DNA of 32,216 nucleotides from positions 1-32,216 of the forward strand of contig NW_021832810.1 of assembly GCF_006345805.1 (NCBI RefSeq). Direction: 5' to 3'. Both the position numbers and the translations under genes were made by a program. Below the pieces are notes generated by a model, which searched no databases, had not been told where the DNA came from, and was given only the letters and a program-made list of their open reading frames with translations. Source of the DNA: Octopus sinensis. Its lineage: Eukaryota. Of the stretch, positions 31,838 through 32,216 are shown piece by piece; the stretch's first letter is position 1; each line of letters begins with the position of its first letter.

Positions 31838-31968
31838 AATGTATATTATATATATATATATTATATATATATTATATATATATATATTTATATATTATAT
31901 ACACATATATATGCAATATATATATGCATATATATACATATATATGTATATACATAGTATATAAATAT

Positions 31969-32030
<62 letters not shown>
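31787..32030 (+). repeat. (TA)n tract
   Basis: Direct reading. Confidence 0.95.
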
Positions 32031-32031
<1 letters not shown>

Positions 32032-32216
32032 TGAATCAATTTTGGGATTAATCCTATGGATTCTTCCCTCTTCAGTAGAAAATACAATAAGAAATAAATG
32101 AAATACTTACACGCACACCCATGGAAAAAAGCAGAAGCAAGAGTCATAAGTACACATAAGTACCCCAGTTAAATCTAAATGTAAAATCCTTTAGCCAGCC
32201 TCAGCACACATGTGAA

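Noticed and set aside
32111-32174. Possible 64-nt minus-strand exon (tttag acceptor, gtaagta donor)
   Set aside because: It lies at the window edge with no recognisable peptide or partner exon; unsupported without transcript data.

Overview
This is eukaryotic, AT-rich, repeat-saturated non-coding DNA (intergenic or deep intronic). The tRNA-headed SINE families match what I recall from octopus genomes, so the source is probably a coleoid cephalopod such as Octopus (inference, not a database result). I find no intact host protein-coding gene, rRNA, functional tRNA or CRISPR array, and nearly all ORFs in the track are microsatellite or SINE artefacts. The window holds about 25 SINE copies or fragments (informal labels A, B, C, D/E) and decayed relics of several retroelement clades: RTE, L1/Tx1-like, R4/Dong-like, CRE-like, Penelope-like and one unassigned LINE. 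It also holds a mariner transposase relic, several TIR MITEs (Tc1/mariner, hAT-like, unclassified), two non-autonomous Helitrons, a 600-bp palindrome, a telomere-like tract, a minisatellite and many microsatellites. I cannot demonstrate a new biological system. The best leads are (1) a SINE-B variant whose body multimerises with an exact 184-nt period and is flanked by TSDs as monomer and multimer, (2) a degenerate hammerhead ribozyme plus an open Penelope GIY-YIG frame missed by the ORF track, (3) SINE-C copies that sit inside (TA)n tracts, and (4) several long inverted repeats, including a 92-nt pre-miRNA-sized hairpin.
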